Part shown: positions 1 to 10,133 of the stretch, piece by piece
How positions within the stretch are numbered: position 1 is the stretch's first letter
Layout of the letters: the number at the start of each line of letters is the position of its first letter
From: an uncultured Candidatus Saccharibacteria bacterium
Lineage (GTDB): Bacteria; Patescibacteriota; Minisyncoccia; UBA6257; HR35
Length of the DNA: 64,000 nucleotides
Direction: 5' to 3'
Assembly (NCBI GenBank): GCA_964655375.1
Contig: CAZZNB010000045.1
Location: 2,015 to 66,014 of the forward strand
Translations under genes and position numbers: made by a program
The notes under the pieces: model-generated
What the model was told of the DNA's origin: nothing
Database searches by the model: none
What the model saw: the letters and a program-made list of their open reading frames with translations, nothing else

Positions 1-738
1 AGTAATTAATTTTGCTCTATTTTTTAATTTTTCAAAGTTAATATCTCCATAAATTTTCCCATTTTCATAAGAATAACCAAAATCAATTAAAATTGCATTC
101 TTTTTGCATTCATTAATTATATTTTTTTCTCCAACTCCACTTACAATAATATCTGCCATTTTAAAAAATTTCTCTTTATTTTTTGTATTTTTTCTTACTA
201 CAATTACTGCTGATTTTTGAGTGCAAAAATAATGAACCAAAGGTTTCCCTGTTAATTTTCCATATCCAACAACACAAACTAATTTATTTTCGAAACCTAG
301 CTTAAATTTATTTTTAATATAATCCACAACTTCAACTGCTGGAGGTCTTATTATCCAATTATCGGTATAAAATTTGCCTAAACTTCTGCTAGATAAGCAA
401 TCTACATCTTTTTCAGGAGGGATTGAATTTAAAAAATATTGTGTTTTAAATTTTTCTGGCAAAGGAAGTTGAATGATTGCTCCATTAACTAAATCTGATT
501 TTATTATTTGACTTATGTATTTTCTAAGTTTTTTCCTTGAAATATTTTCTTCTACCTTATAAATTCTAAATTCTACATTTAATTCTTTTGCAATTTTTTC
601 TTTTATTTTTAAAAAACTCTCTTTTTCTTTATCCTCTCCTATTAAAAAGGCTACTAATCTTAATCTATCAAAATTTTCTCTTTCTTTTTTTAATTCTTCA
701 ATTAATTCTTTTTGCACTTGTTTACCATCTAAAATCAT
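1..738 (-). CDS. folD: Bifunctional methylenetetrahydrofolate dehydrogenase/cyclohydrolase (partial, runs off window edge)
   Basis: Manual translation from ATG at 738: MILDGKQVQKEL...NGAIIQLPLPE...IPPEKDVDCL, typical FolD motifs; directly downstream of glyA; absent from ORF track. Confidence 0.9.
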   Translation of the reverse strand, partial: MILDGKQVQKELIEELKKERENFDRLRLVAFLIGEDKEKESFLKIKEKIAKELNVEFRIYKVEENISRKKLRKYISQIIKSDLVNGAIIQLPLPEKFKTQYFLNSIPPEKDVDCLSSRSLGKFYTDNWIIRPPAVEVVDYIKNKFKLGFENKLVCVVGYGKLTGKPLVHYFCTQKSAVIVVRKNTKNKEKFFKMADIIVSGVGEKNIINECKKNAILIDFGYSYENGKIYGDINFEKLKNRAKLIT

Positions 739-741
739 TTT

Positions 742-1956
742 TTAATAAGGCAAAGGAAAGTTTTTTAAAAATTCAATTACTTCTTTTTTGATCTTGCGAG
801 GGTTTTCTTTATCTATCAATAATCTTTTTATCCATAATGCTATTTTTATCATTTCTTTTTCTTTCATTCCTCTTGCAGTTATAGCTGGCGTTCCCAATCT
901 TAAACCTGTAGGATTAAATGGAGAAATATCTCCAGGTAAAGAATTTCTATTAGCAAGTATATTTGCTTTTTCCAAAATTTTTTCCGCTGTTTTCCCATCT
1001 AAATTTAATGATTTTAAATCTATCAACATTAAATGATTATCTGTACCACCAGTAAAAAGATTGAACCCTAATTTTATAAGAGTTTTTGCTAACATTTTAG
1101 AATTTTTTAATATTTGTTTTTGATATTTTTTAAAGTTAGGCCTTAAAGCTTCTTCTAGCATAACACCTATAGCTGCTGTTTGATTATTATGAGGTCCCCC
1201 TTGCAATCCTGGAAAAACAGATCTATTAATAATTTCTTCTAATTCTTTTCTCATAAATATTAAAGCTCCTCTTGGACCCTTGAGTGTTTTATGAGTTGTC
1301 ATTGTAACTACATCAGCATAAGGAAATGGGGATGGGTGTAATTTTGCTGCAACTAAGCCAGCAATATGAGCAATATCAGCCATATGATAAGCTCCTACCT
1401 CTTTTGCAATTTCATAAAATTTCTTAAAATCAATTTTACGAGGATAAGAAGTTAAACCAGAAACAATTAATTTAGGTTTAAATTTTTTGGCAATTTTATA
1501 AATTTCATCATAATTTAATAATCCTGTCTTTTTATCAACTTCGTATTGTTTTACCTTAAATAGCTTTCCACTATAGTTTACAAAATGCCCGTGAGTTAAA
1601 TGACCTCCGCTAGATAATTTAAGCCCCAATAGCTTTTCTCCTGGCCTTAAAAGAGCTAAATATACTGCTAAATTTGCTGGAGAACCAGAATAAGCTTGAA
1701 CATTTACAGACCATTTTTTAGGATTTAAATTAAATAACCTTAAGGCTAATTTTTGAACATAAGATTCTATTTTGTCATAAATTTCATTACCTGGGTAATA
1801 CCTTTTTTTAGGATAACCTTCTGAATATTTATTCACCAAAGGACTACCTAGGGCAAAAAGAATATCTTTAGAAACATAATTTTCTGAAGGAATTAAATTT
1901 ATAGTATTTTGCTGCCTCAAAATTTCATTTTTTATTAATGCTTTTATATAGCTCAT
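742..1956 (-). CDS. glyA: Serine hydroxymethyltransferase
   Basis: LIPSEN, NKYSEGYP, GGHLTHG, TTHKTLKGPRG, FPGLQGGP motifs. Confidence 0.98.
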   Translation of the reverse strand: MSYIKALIKNEILRQQNTINLIPSENYVSKDILFALGSPLVNKYSEGYPKKRYYPGNEIYDKIESYVQKLALRLFNLNPKKWSVNVQAYSGSPANLAVYLALLRPGEKLLGLKLSSGGHLTHGHFVNYSGKLFKVKQYEVDKKTGLLNYDEIYKIAKKFKPKLIVSGLTSYPRKIDFKKFYEIAKEVGAYHMADIAHIAGLVAAKLHPSPFPYADVVTMTTHKTLKGPRGALIFMRKELEEIINRSVFPGLQGGPHNNQTAAIGVMLEEALRPNFKKYQKQILKNSKMLAKTLIKLGFNLFTGGTDNHLMLIDLKSLNLDGKTAEKILEKANILANRNSLPGDISPFNPTGLRLGTPAITARGMKEKEMIKIALWIKRLLIDKENPRKIKKEVIEFLKNFPLPY

Positions 1957-1976
1957 TTATCCACAGTTTATCCACT
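1957..1976 (+). promoter_or_regulatory. Tandem DnaA boxes
   Basis: TTATCCACA (1957-1965) and TTATCCACT (1968-1976) abutting the glyA start codon. Confidence 0.6.
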
Positions 1977-2039
1977 ATTTCGATCTATGTATGTTATAAT
2001 TTGATTATATATCTTGATTTTCCAAAATTATAAACCAAA

Positions 2040-2504
2040 ATGATTTCGAAGCGTAGCTTAATTTTACTGCTTATAGGCTTAATAATATTCATTTTTACTG
2101 AGACAGCAATATCGCCAATAAAAGCTTCTATTGAGCCGCAGGTATTTTCAGAAGACCTGTTTTTAAGCCTAGAAAATAAATCTTATTTCAAAACATTGAA
2201 TTCAGGAATTAAGAAAAAGTATATCGTGGTAGTTACTGGTTATTCTTCAAGTTATGACGAAACAGATGACGATCCTTATATTACTGCTTCTGGAGAATTT
2301 GTAAAAGACGGGATTGTAGCATGTAATTTTTTGCCTATTGGGACACGTATAAAGATTCCTTCTTTGTTTGGAGATAGAATATTTGTGGTTAAAGACAGGA
2401 TGAATCCAAGATATTACTATAGAGTTGATATATGGTTTCCTTCAAAAGAGGCTGCTATAAATTTTGGAATTCATTATAATGTAGAAATTGAAATAATAAA
2501 TTAA
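2040..2504 (+). CDS. 3D-domain cell-wall protein with N-terminal signal/TM
   Basis: VTGYSS..ETDDDPYITASG, VACNFLPIGT, VKDRM, VDIWF are the 3D (Asp-Asp-Asp) domain pattern. Confidence 0.85.
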   Translation: MISKRSLILLLIGLIIFIFTETAISPIKASIEPQVFSEDLFLSLENKSYFKTLNSGIKKKYIVVVTGYSSSYDETDDDPYITASGEFVKDGIVACNFLPIGTRIKIPSLFGDRIFVVKDRMNPRYYYRVDIWFPSKEAAINFGIHYNVEIEIIN

Positions 2505-4159
2505 GTTAAAGTGCCTGTAATTCTTTCTACTTCTTCAATAGTTGTCATCTTCTTTAAAGCTTTAATAAGTCCTGCTTGTTGCAAATTTATAAATCCATCT
2601 TTTACAGCTGCTTCTAAAATAATCTTTTCATTAACTTCTTCATAAATTAAATCTTGTAATCGTTGTGTTATTTTTAAAAGTTCAAATATTGCTACCCTTC
2701 CTTTGTATCCTGTATAAAAACATTTTTCGCACCCTTTTGATCTTACAAGTGTAATTTCTTCTAAGTTTAATTGATTCTTAACATTTTCTGGTATAGTATC
2801 CAAGTTTTTAATTATCAATTCTTTTAAATTATTATCTGGTATATATTCCTCTTTACAATATTGACATATCCTTCTTAAAAGCCTTTGGGCAATTATAAGC
2901 CTTAAAGATGGTGGTATTAATGTTTTATCTATACCTAAATCTATTAATCTAGGAATAGCTCCTAAAGAATCATTTGTATGTAACGTTGAGAGAACAAGAT
3001 GCCCTGTTAGTGAAGCGTGAATAGCTATTTCTGCTGTTTCTTTGTCTCTTATCTCTCCTACTAATATCACATCAGGATCTTGTCTTAATATTGATCTCAA
3101 TCCTGTAGCAAAAGTATAGTTTTCAGCTGGATTTACTTGAGTTTGGGTTATACCTTCTAATTTATATTCAATAGGATCTTCAATAGTTATTATTTTTATT
3201 TCAGGCCTTTTAATTTTATTTAAAATTGCATATAAAGTTGTTGTTTTTCCAGATCCAGTAGGTCCAGTATTTAATATCAAACCATTTGGTTGATGAATAT
3301 AGTGATTTATAATCTCTAAATCATATTCTTCTAATCCCAATTTTTCTAAAGGAATCATTATTTTTTCTACATCTAATATTCTCATAACAATAGTCTCATC
3401 ATATGAACTTGGAATTGTGCTTACTCTTATTTCTATATTTTTCTTACCAAAATTTATAGAAAATCTCCCATCTTGAGGTTTTTCTGTAATATTCAAAAAC
3501 AAACCTGCGAAAAGTTTAATTCTGTTTTTAAGTAAACTATAAATAGACTTACTGAAGTTAGCTGTTTCATATAAAATCCCATCTATTCTGAGCTTAACTA
3601 TAATATTTTTTTCTGTAGGTTCTAAATGAACATCTGAGGCCTCAAACTTTAAAGCACCAGCCATTATATAGTCTAAAATTTCTAAAGGATTTTCTTTTTC
3701 AAGCTCAATTAAATATTTTTTTAAATCTTCTTTAGTAGCAAGTTCGTTTATTATTTTGTTTAGTTTTTCTTCATCCAAAACTAAAATTTCTGTATATTTT
3801 ACTTTCCTTGGCTTAATAAATCTATACTCTTGCCAAGCTTTTTCTAAGCTGCTGTAGGAAACTACACCGATTTCTATCTCAAATCCTCTGCTTTTAAGGT
3901 TTTCTATGTATTCTTTAAATTCAGCTTTTAAAGGATTAAGTGCTCCAATAATTAATTTTTTGCCATATTTTTCTATACCTACGATTTTTAAATTTCTTGC
4001 AATTTCTTCAGGAATTATACTTAATGCTTCAGGATCTACTGGATGAAGTTTTAGGTTAAAATATTTTAATTGAAGCATGTCAGCCAATTTTTTAGCAAAA
4101 TCTTCTTCTTCTCTTTTTTTAGTTTTTTCTAACAGCTCTTCTATTTCTTTTTCGTTCAT
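2501..4159 (-). CDS. GspE/PilB-family pilus assembly ATPase
   Basis: ASDVHLEP, PQDGR, GPTGSGKTTT, TIEDPIEY, LRQDPD, GHLVLSTLHTND, CxxC pairs. Confidence 0.93.
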   Translation of the reverse strand: MNEKEIEELLEKTKKREEEDFAKKLADMLQLKYFNLKLHPVDPEALSIIPEEIARNLKIVGIEKYGKKLIIGALNPLKAEFKEYIENLKSRGFEIEIGVVSYSSLEKAWQEYRFIKPRKVKYTEILVLDEEKLNKIINELATKEDLKKYLIELEKENPLEILDYIMAGALKFEASDVHLEPTEKNIIVKLRIDGILYETANFSKSIYSLLKNRIKLFAGLFLNITEKPQDGRFSINFGKKNIEIRVSTIPSSYDETIVMRILDVEKIMIPLEKLGLEEYDLEIINHYIHQPNGLILNTGPTGSGKTTTLYAILNKIKRPEIKIITIEDPIEYKLEGITQTQVNPAENYTFATGLRSILRQDPDVILVGEIRDKETAEIAIHASLTGHLVLSTLHTNDSLGAIPRLIDLGIDKTLIPPSLRLIIAQRLLRRICQYCKEEYIPDNNLKELIIKNLDTIPENVKNQLNLEEITLVRSKGCEKCFYTGYKGRVAIFELLKITQRLQDLIYEEVNEKIILEAAVKDGFINLQQAGLIKALKKMTTIEEVERITGTLT

Positions 4160-4179
4160 TAAAAATATTATAAAAAGAT

Positions 4180-6261
4180 ATGAAAAGAAAATATAAATTT
4201 GTGATATTTATTGAAATAATATTCGTAGCATTATTGGCTATTTTCTTTATAGGATTAGCCATAGTTTTTGTATTAATAAGTATTTATGTAAGTAATCTAC
4301 CTTCAATTGAAATATTAACAGAAACTATTAGAGGTGGAAGTACTCAAATTTATGATAGGGAAGGTAAGGTTTTGCTTTATGAAATAGGATTAAGACAATA
4401 TCCAATTAGCTATGAAGAGTTATCAAATAAAGTGGTTTATTCAACTTTAGCTGCTGAAGATGATTCATTTTTTGAACATAAGGGGGTTAGCATTAAAGGC
4501 ATAATAAGGTCAATAATATTAAATTTAAAAACTGGTAGTTTAACTTATGGAGGCTCTACCATTACACAGCAACTTGCAAGAAATTTATTTTTAACACAAG
4601 AAAAGTCTATTATTAGAAAGATAAAAGAGATATTATTAGCTTTGGAAATTGAAAGAAAGTTTACTAAAGAGCAAATTTTAACTATGTATTTAAACTCAAT
4701 TAATTATGGGGCAGGAAATATAGGAATAAAAGCTGCTGCAGATTTTTATTTTAATAAAAATCTAAAAGATATTTCTTGGTCTGAAGCTGCTATTTTAGCT
4801 GCTATTCCTAAATCTCCTAAATATTATTCTCCTATTTATGAAGAAAACTTACAAAGATTAAAAAAAAGAAGAGATTTTATATTAAGAAGATTATATGAAT
4901 TAGGTTGGATAAATTATAATGAATATTTAAATGCGATCAATGAACCAGTTAAAATAAGCCAGAAAAAATATTACAAAATTGCAGCACCACATTTTGTAAT
5001 AGAAGTTAAAAAAATATTAGAAAAAATGTTTCCTGATACTAATTTGGAATCTGCTGGTTTTAAAGTAATCACAACTTTAAACTATAAGTATCAAAAAATT
5101 GCAGAAGAGGTTGTAAAAGAAGGTGCTTTAAAAAACGAAAAGAATGCTGGAGCTAAAAATGCAAGTTTATTAATGATGGATGCTAAAACAGGAGAAATAT
5201 TAGCCATGGTAGGATCAAGAGATTTTTTTGATGAATCTATACAAGGACAAGTAAATATGACAATGGCTCCGAGACAACCTGGGTCAGCTTTTAAACCTAT
5301 ATCCTATGTTACTCTTTTCCAATTAGGTTATCCTATAGAAACAATAGTTTTTGATGTTCCTACAAATTTCGGAACAGAAAGAAATCCTTATACTCCCAAA
5401 AATTTTGATAATAAATTTAGAGGACCTGTTAATTTAAGAATTGCTTTAGCTCAGTCTATAAATATCCCTGCTGTTAAGGTATTTTATTTAGCAGGACCAG
5501 AAAGAGTGGTTGAAAATGCAAGAAAATTTGGCTTAACTACTATAAAAGACTATAAAAATTATGGGCTATCTTTAGGATTAGGAACAGCTGAAGTTAGAAT
5601 GATAGATTTATTAAAAGCATATTCTGTCTTTGCAAATGACGGAGAAATAGTTTCTCAAAGTCTAATATTAAAAATCTATAATTCAAAAGGAGAAATAATT
5701 TACGAATACAAACCAGAAAAAGAAAAGGTAATAGATTCTCAACCTGTAAGAATGGTTAATGATATATTAAAAGATTATGAAGCAAGACGCGGTTTATTTA
5801 TAAGAAGTTTACCTTTAACAAAAATAGATGACTATGAAATAGCAATTAAAACAGGAACTAGCCAATTTTACAGAGATGCTTGGACAATAGGATATACTCC
5901 TGAATTTATAGTAGGTGTTTGGGCTGGAAATACAGATGGCAAACCTGTTAAAGAAGGACTAAGTGTAGTAGCTACATTACCAATATGGCATAATTTTGTA
6001 TCAAAGATTATAAAAGACTTTCCAAAAACAAAATTTCCTCCTCCTTTACCAGTTAAAGTTAATAAAATATTGCTAAATGGCGAATGGATAAGTCCTTATG
6101 GGATTCACTCTGAATTATATTTCATAGATCGAAATAATCCTTTAGGTCCTATGCCAACAAATCCATACAATGATCCTCAATTTTACAATTGGGAAAATGG
6201 AGTTCAAAATTGGATTAATAGTTTAGGATTTCAATTTTATAATCTAAAAAATTTTTTTTAA
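4180..6261 (+). CDS. Class A penicillin-binding protein (transglycosylase-transpeptidase)
   Basis: AAEDDSFFEH, GGSTITQQLARN, RQPGSAFKP, KTGT motifs; N-terminal TM. Confidence 0.95.
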   Translation: MKRKYKFVIFIEIIFVALLAIFFIGLAIVFVLISIYVSNLPSIEILTETIRGGSTQIYDREGKVLLYEIGLRQYPISYEELSNKVVYSTLAAEDDSFFEHKGVSIKGIIRSIILNLKTGSLTYGGSTITQQLARNLFLTQEKSIIRKIKEILLALEIERKFTKEQILTMYLNSINYGAGNIGIKAAADFYFNKNLKDISWSEAAILAAIPKSPKYYSPIYEENLQRLKKRRDFILRRLYELGWINYNEYLNAINEPVKISQKKYYKIAAPHFVIEVKKILEKMFPDTNLESAGFKVITTLNYKYQKIAEEVVKEGALKNEKNAGAKNASLLMMDAKTGEILAMVGSRDFFDESIQGQVNMTMAPRQPGSAFKPISYVTLFQLGYPIETIVFDVPTNFGTERNPYTPKNFDNKFRGPVNLRIALAQSINIPAVKVFYLAGPERVVENARKFGLTTIKDYKNYGLSLGLGTAEVRMIDLLKAYSVFANDGEIVSQSLILKIYNSKGEIIYEYKPEKEKVIDSQPVRMVNDILKDYEARRGLFIRSLPLTKIDDYEIAIKTGTSQFYRDAWTIGYTPEFIVGVWAGNTDGKPVKEGLSVVATLPIWHNFVSKIIKDFPKTKFPPPLPVKVNKILLNGEWISPYGIHSELYFIDRNNPLGPMPTNPYNDPQFYNWENGVQNWINSLGFQFYNLKNFF

Positions 6262-6439
6262 TTTCTAATTCTATTTCTTTTAATGCTTCGTAGTTAATCT
6301 CTTTTTTATTTGTTCTTAGATAAATTTTTTTATTTTTATTATCTATCTTAATCTCACCTTTTAGATCAGGGTAAATATTTTTTATTTTTGAAGCTAAATT
6401 TAAAAGTTTTGTTTTTTTTATATTTATTTTATCCATCAA
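6215..6439 (-). CDS. Small hypothetical protein coupled to dnaN
   Basis: ATG overlaps the dnaN stop; 74 aa. Confidence 0.6.
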   Translation of the reverse strand: MMDKINIKKTKLLNLASKIKNIYPDLKGEIKIDNKNKKIYLRTNKKEINYEALKEIELEIKKNFLDYKIEILNY

Positions 6440-7563
6440 ATAGGCATTAATATATAAATAAAATCTTCTTCTAATGGAGATTTTATTAATGTTGGTTTTA
6501 TTCCATAATCTGATGGTACATTAATTCCTATAAATATTTTTTCGCTATCTATATTTTTTATACCTTCTGTTAGAAAATCTATATTATAAGAAATTTCAAA
6601 TTCCTCTTCTTGATCTGTAGATTCTAAATTTATATTTACTTTATTTATATTTTCTCCTAATACTTCATTTCTAGTAATCAATTCCATAAATTCTTCCTTT
6701 GGATTAATCTTAACTTTTATTTCTTTTGATTGATCAACATAAACCTTATTTAATCGTAATGCCTTTAAAACTTCATCTCTATTTATATAAAATATTATGT
6801 TAAAATCTTGTGGAATTACTTGTTGATAGTCTGGGTAATCTACAGATAATGTTTTTGAAAGTAAAACTTGGTCTTCTAAATCAAAAGTGACCTGAGATGG
6901 TTCTATATAGATTTTTAATTTTAATGGTTTTTTCTTTATTTTTAGATATTCTGAAATTATTGTTTCAGGTATCAATAATTTTTCTTCTTTTTCTATATTT
7001 GTAATTATCAAATCTTTTTTAAATTTAATTTCAGAAAGTCTTATAGTATCTGTAGTTACTAGTCTTATCCAATTTTCTGTTATCCACATATAAACTCCTG
7101 CAAATTCAGGTTTTATTACTTCTGCTGTTTTTATATTTCCATAAATTTTTTCTAAATAATTTTCAAATAATTTGTTATCTATTTCTATATATTTTTCTTC
7201 TGAGTATTTTGGTATTAAAGGATAATCTTCTTCTGATATTCCTGGTAATGTAGAAAATGTTTTTTCTCCTCTTAAAATTAATGTATTTTCTTTATTTTCT
7301 ATATTAATTACGTCTTCATAAAAATTTTGTAAAACTTCATAAAATTGTTTAGCAGGTATCAAAAATTCTCCTTCTTCTTCAATTTTTGCTAATAAAGTAG
7401 CCTTATAAGAAATTTCTAAATCTGTAGAAAATATGGTTAATTTATCGTTTTTTGCTTCTATTTTAAAAAAATTTAGAATACTAAGATCAGTTTTTTTAGG
7501 ACAAATTCTATTAACAACTGTTATTTTATCTATTAGTGTATTTTTCAATATAGATATTTTCAT
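6436..7563 (-). CDS. dnaN: DNA polymerase III beta clamp
   Basis: STDLEI, TTDTIRL, YPDYQQVIP, C-terminal YILMPI; downstream of dnaA. Confidence 0.95.
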   Translation of the reverse strand: MKISILKNTLIDKITVVNRICPKKTDLSILNFFKIEAKNDKLTIFSTDLEISYKATLLAKIEEEGEFLIPAKQFYEVLQNFYEDVINIENKENTLILRGEKTFSTLPGISEEDYPLIPKYSEEKYIEIDNKLFENYLEKIYGNIKTAEVIKPEFAGVYMWITENWIRLVTTDTIRLSEIKFKKDLIITNIEKEEKLLIPETIISEYLKIKKKPLKLKIYIEPSQVTFDLEDQVLLSKTLSVDYPDYQQVIPQDFNIIFYINRDEVLKALRLNKVYVDQSKEIKVKINPKEEFMELITRNEVLGENINKVNINLESTDQEEEFEISYNIDFLTEGIKNIDSEKIFIGINVPSDYGIKPTLIKSPLEEDFIYILMPI

Positions 7564-7659
7564 AATATATAAAAGTTGTTAATAAGTGGATAAGTATTAA
7601 TTTTGCTTAATTATATTTATTTTTAATTCGACCTTTATGTAAATTTTATGTTAATAATT
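7564..7659. other. Probable oriC core in the dnaA-dnaN intergenic region
   Basis: Minus strand has abutting boxes TTATCCAC-TTATTAACA followed by an AT-only tract, plus a further TTATTAACA next to the dnaA stop. Confidence 0.55.
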
Positions 7660-9009
7660 TTAAGTATTTAAAATTTTATCCTTTAAAATTTCAATTTCTT
7701 GATAAAGCTCAAAATTTTGTTGAATTTCTTTTTCAATTTTCTCATATGAATAAAGTACTGTGGTATGATCTCTATTATTTAATAACTCCCCAATAGTATT
7801 ATAAGATAATTTACTAACTTCTCTCAAAAGATACATCAAAACTTGCCTTGGTTTTATAATTTCTTTTCTTCTTATCTTTTTTATTAAGTCTTCCTCTTTC
7901 AAATTATAAAATTCAGCTACAATTTTTATTATTTTTTTAGGAGAAACTTTTTTAAAGCTTTGTTTTAAGTAATCTTTTAATAAATTTTCAATTTTTTCTT
8001 TGTTCAAATTAGTTACATTTTTAACTCTAAATGCAACATAATTCAAAGCACCTTCTAATTCTCTTATATTTTTTGTTATTTTTTCTGCTATGATTTCTAA
8101 AGAAAAATCTGGCAAAAAATAGTTTTTTTCTTGATTTTTAAGCCTTAATATAGCTAATCTTGTTTCAAAATCTGGAGGTGTTATATCCACTACTAATCCA
8201 CCTTCAAACCTAGATTGTAATCTTTCTTCGATATCTGGTATCATTCTAGGTGCTCTATCAGAAGAGAAAACGATTTGTTTACTAGAATTATATAATTCAT
8301 TAAAAGTATGAAACAGCTCTTCTTGTGATTTATTTTTGCCAGAAAGAAAATGCACGTCATCTAAAATTAAGACATCTATTTCTCTAAATTTTTGCCTAAA
8401 TTCATCAATTGTTTGATTTTTTAAAGCATTAATAAGCTCATTTGTAAATTGCTCTGTAGTAGCATAGCGTACCTTTTTTGTATTATTATATTTTCTTAAA
8501 ATTTCATTTCCTATAGCTTGTAAAAGATGAGTTTTTCCTAATCCAACCCCTCCATAGATAAATAAAGGATTAAATTTAATTCCCAAATGAGACACAACGC
8601 CTTGTGCTGCTGCAAAAGCAAGCTCATTATTACTTCCTACAACAAAATTTTCAAATCGATATCTGGGATTAAGATTTGTTGAAGGATGTACTTCAAATAT
8701 TGTTATTTTTTGTTGAAAGGAATATTTAGAAATTCTTTTTGTACTTGTTTTTGTTTGAGTATTTAGAGTGTATTCAATGTTTTTAATTTCTTGTATAAAC
8801 TCCTTTGCTGTTTTAAGTAATATTACATGAAATTTTGATTCAAGCCAGTCTTTTACTAATTTGTTAGGGACTTCTATTTTTAAAATGCCGTTATAAATTT
8901 GTATAGGGATAACATTATTAAACCAAGTTTTCAATGTGGGCTTAGGTACTTTCTTTTCTAACTCTTCTAATATTTTTTGCCAAATTGTTTGTAAATCTTT
9001 ATTTTCCAT
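7660..9009 (-). CDS. dnaA: Chromosomal replication initiator
   Basis: LNPRYRFENFVVG, NPLFIYGGVGLGKTHL, DVLILDD, RDHTTV. Confidence 0.98.
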   Translation of the reverse strand: MENKDLQTIWQKILEELEKKVPKPTLKTWFNNVIPIQIYNGILKIEVPNKLVKDWLESKFHVILLKTAKEFIQEIKNIEYTLNTQTKTSTKRISKYSFQQKITIFEVHPSTNLNPRYRFENFVVGSNNELAFAAAQGVVSHLGIKFNPLFIYGGVGLGKTHLLQAIGNEILRKYNNTKKVRYATTEQFTNELINALKNQTIDEFRQKFREIDVLILDDVHFLSGKNKSQEELFHTFNELYNSSKQIVFSSDRAPRMIPDIEERLQSRFEGGLVVDITPPDFETRLAILRLKNQEKNYFLPDFSLEIIAEKITKNIRELEGALNYVAFRVKNVTNLNKEKIENLLKDYLKQSFKKVSPKKIIKIVAEFYNLKEEDLIKKIRRKEIIKPRQVLMYLLREVSKLSYNTIGELLNNRDHTTVLYSYEKIEKEIQQNFELYQEIEILKDKILNT

Positions 9010-9049
9010 GGTTTAAATAATTATAATAAATATTATATAATTAAATAAA

Positions 9050-9169
9050 ATGGCAACAATAAGGAAGAAAAAAAGAAAAACAGGTTTTTTAGCGAGATCT
9101 AAATATAAAGGAGGCAAAAAAGTATTATTACGAAGGAGAAGAAAAGGCAGAAAAAGATTAACAAATTGA
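9050..9169 (+). CDS. rpmH: 50S ribosomal protein L34 (39 aa)
   Basis: Manual translation MATIRKKKRKTGFLARSKYKGGKKVLLRRRRKGRKRLTN; canonical position between dnaA and rnpA. Confidence 0.92.
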   Translation: MATIRKKKRKTGFLARSKYKGGKKVLLRRRRKGRKRLTN

Positions 9170-9486
9170 TGCTTTCAAAGAAATATAGATTTAAAAATTT
9201 TGATTTTAAAAAATTTCAAAAATCAAATAAAATTTCAAACGAAGTGTTTACTTTGATGAAAATACAGCCAGAAAATAATATACCTAAATTTTCAATTATT
9301 GTAGATAAAAAAAATATAAAAAAAGCTACTAAAAGAAATAAAATAAAAAGGAAGATTTATGAAGCAATCAGATTGAATTTAGATAAAATCCCTTTAGGAT
9401 ATTATTTGATTAAAGTCAAGAAAGATATTTCAAATGAAGATTTCAAAAGTATAGAAGATAGATTAATAAAGTTATTTAGAAAATAA
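9169..9486 (+). CDS. rnpA: RNase P protein component
   Basis: KATKRNKIKR (RNR motif); ATG overlaps the rpmH stop. Confidence 0.9.
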   Translation: MLSKKYRFKNFDFKKFQKSNKISNEVFTLMKIQPENNIPKFSIIVDKKNIKKATKRNKIKRKIYEAIRLNLDKIPLGYYLIKVKKDISNEDFKSIEDRLIKLFRK

Positions 9487-9491
9487 AAAAA

Positions 9492-10133
9492 ATGTTTCAA
9501 ACAATTTTCGTGGAACCATTAACTAACATATTAAAGTTTTTAAGCTTATATTTGAATGATTTTGGTTTAGCTATTATAACATTTAGTTTGTTTTTAAAAA
9601 TTTTAACATCGCCTTTATCATTTTTACAATTTAGAGAAGAAATTAAGTTAAAAAAAATAAATGAAAAAATAAATAAATTGGCAAAAAAAGAAAAAGATAT
9701 TTTTAAAAAAGCAGAAATAATATCGAAAATCTATGAAGAAGAAAATTTTAATCCTTTTTATAATTTTCTAATTCAACTTTCCACCTTGCCTTTCTATTTA
9801 GCTGCCTTTTTTGTTATTCAAAATTTTTTAAAAAATTTAACAAATCCTTATTTTTTGAATTTAATAGATTTAACTAAACCTAATATATTTTTAGGAAGCT
9901 TAGTTATTTTTATTCAATTGATTTTTGTTTTTATTCAACCTAAAGAATATAGAAAGATGCTTTTGTTTATAACTGCGATTTTTTCTGGAATAATTTTTTT
10001 GTTTTCTTCAGGATTTTTGCTTTATATTTTCGGTATAATTGTTTTAGGTTTAATAGAAAGAAAATTATTTAATTGGTATTACATAAAGTCTGGCGTCATT
10101 TCTGTTGAAGAAAATAACTCCTATAGAGGTTAA
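9492..10133 (+). CDS. yidC: Short YidC/Oxa1 membrane insertase
   Basis: DFGLAII..LKILTSPL, YEEENFNP, IQL, FLNLIDLTKP; synteny with rnpA. Confidence 0.8.
   Translation: MFQTIFVEPLTNILKFLSLYLNDFGLAIITFSLFLKILTSPLSFLQFREEIKLKKINEKINKLAKKEKDIFKKAEIISKIYEEENFNPFYNFLIQLSTLPFYLAAFFVIQNFLKNLTNPYFLNLIDLTKPNIFLGSLVIFIQLIFVFIQPKEYRKMLLFITAIFSGIIFLFSSGFLLYIFGIIVLGLIERKLFNWYYIKSGVISVEENNSYRG

Noticed and set aside
588-1036. Plus-strand ORFs 588-791 and 788-1036, and similar antisense ORFs throughout (10984, 16372, 16466, 17083, 22628, 23846, 27139, 28477, 31682, 39143, 41966, 44353, 48867, 50012, 51250, 51996, 59817, 60383)
   Set aside because: Shadow frames opposite well-supported genes; their F/L/S/I-rich composition is expected from reverse-complemented A-rich codons
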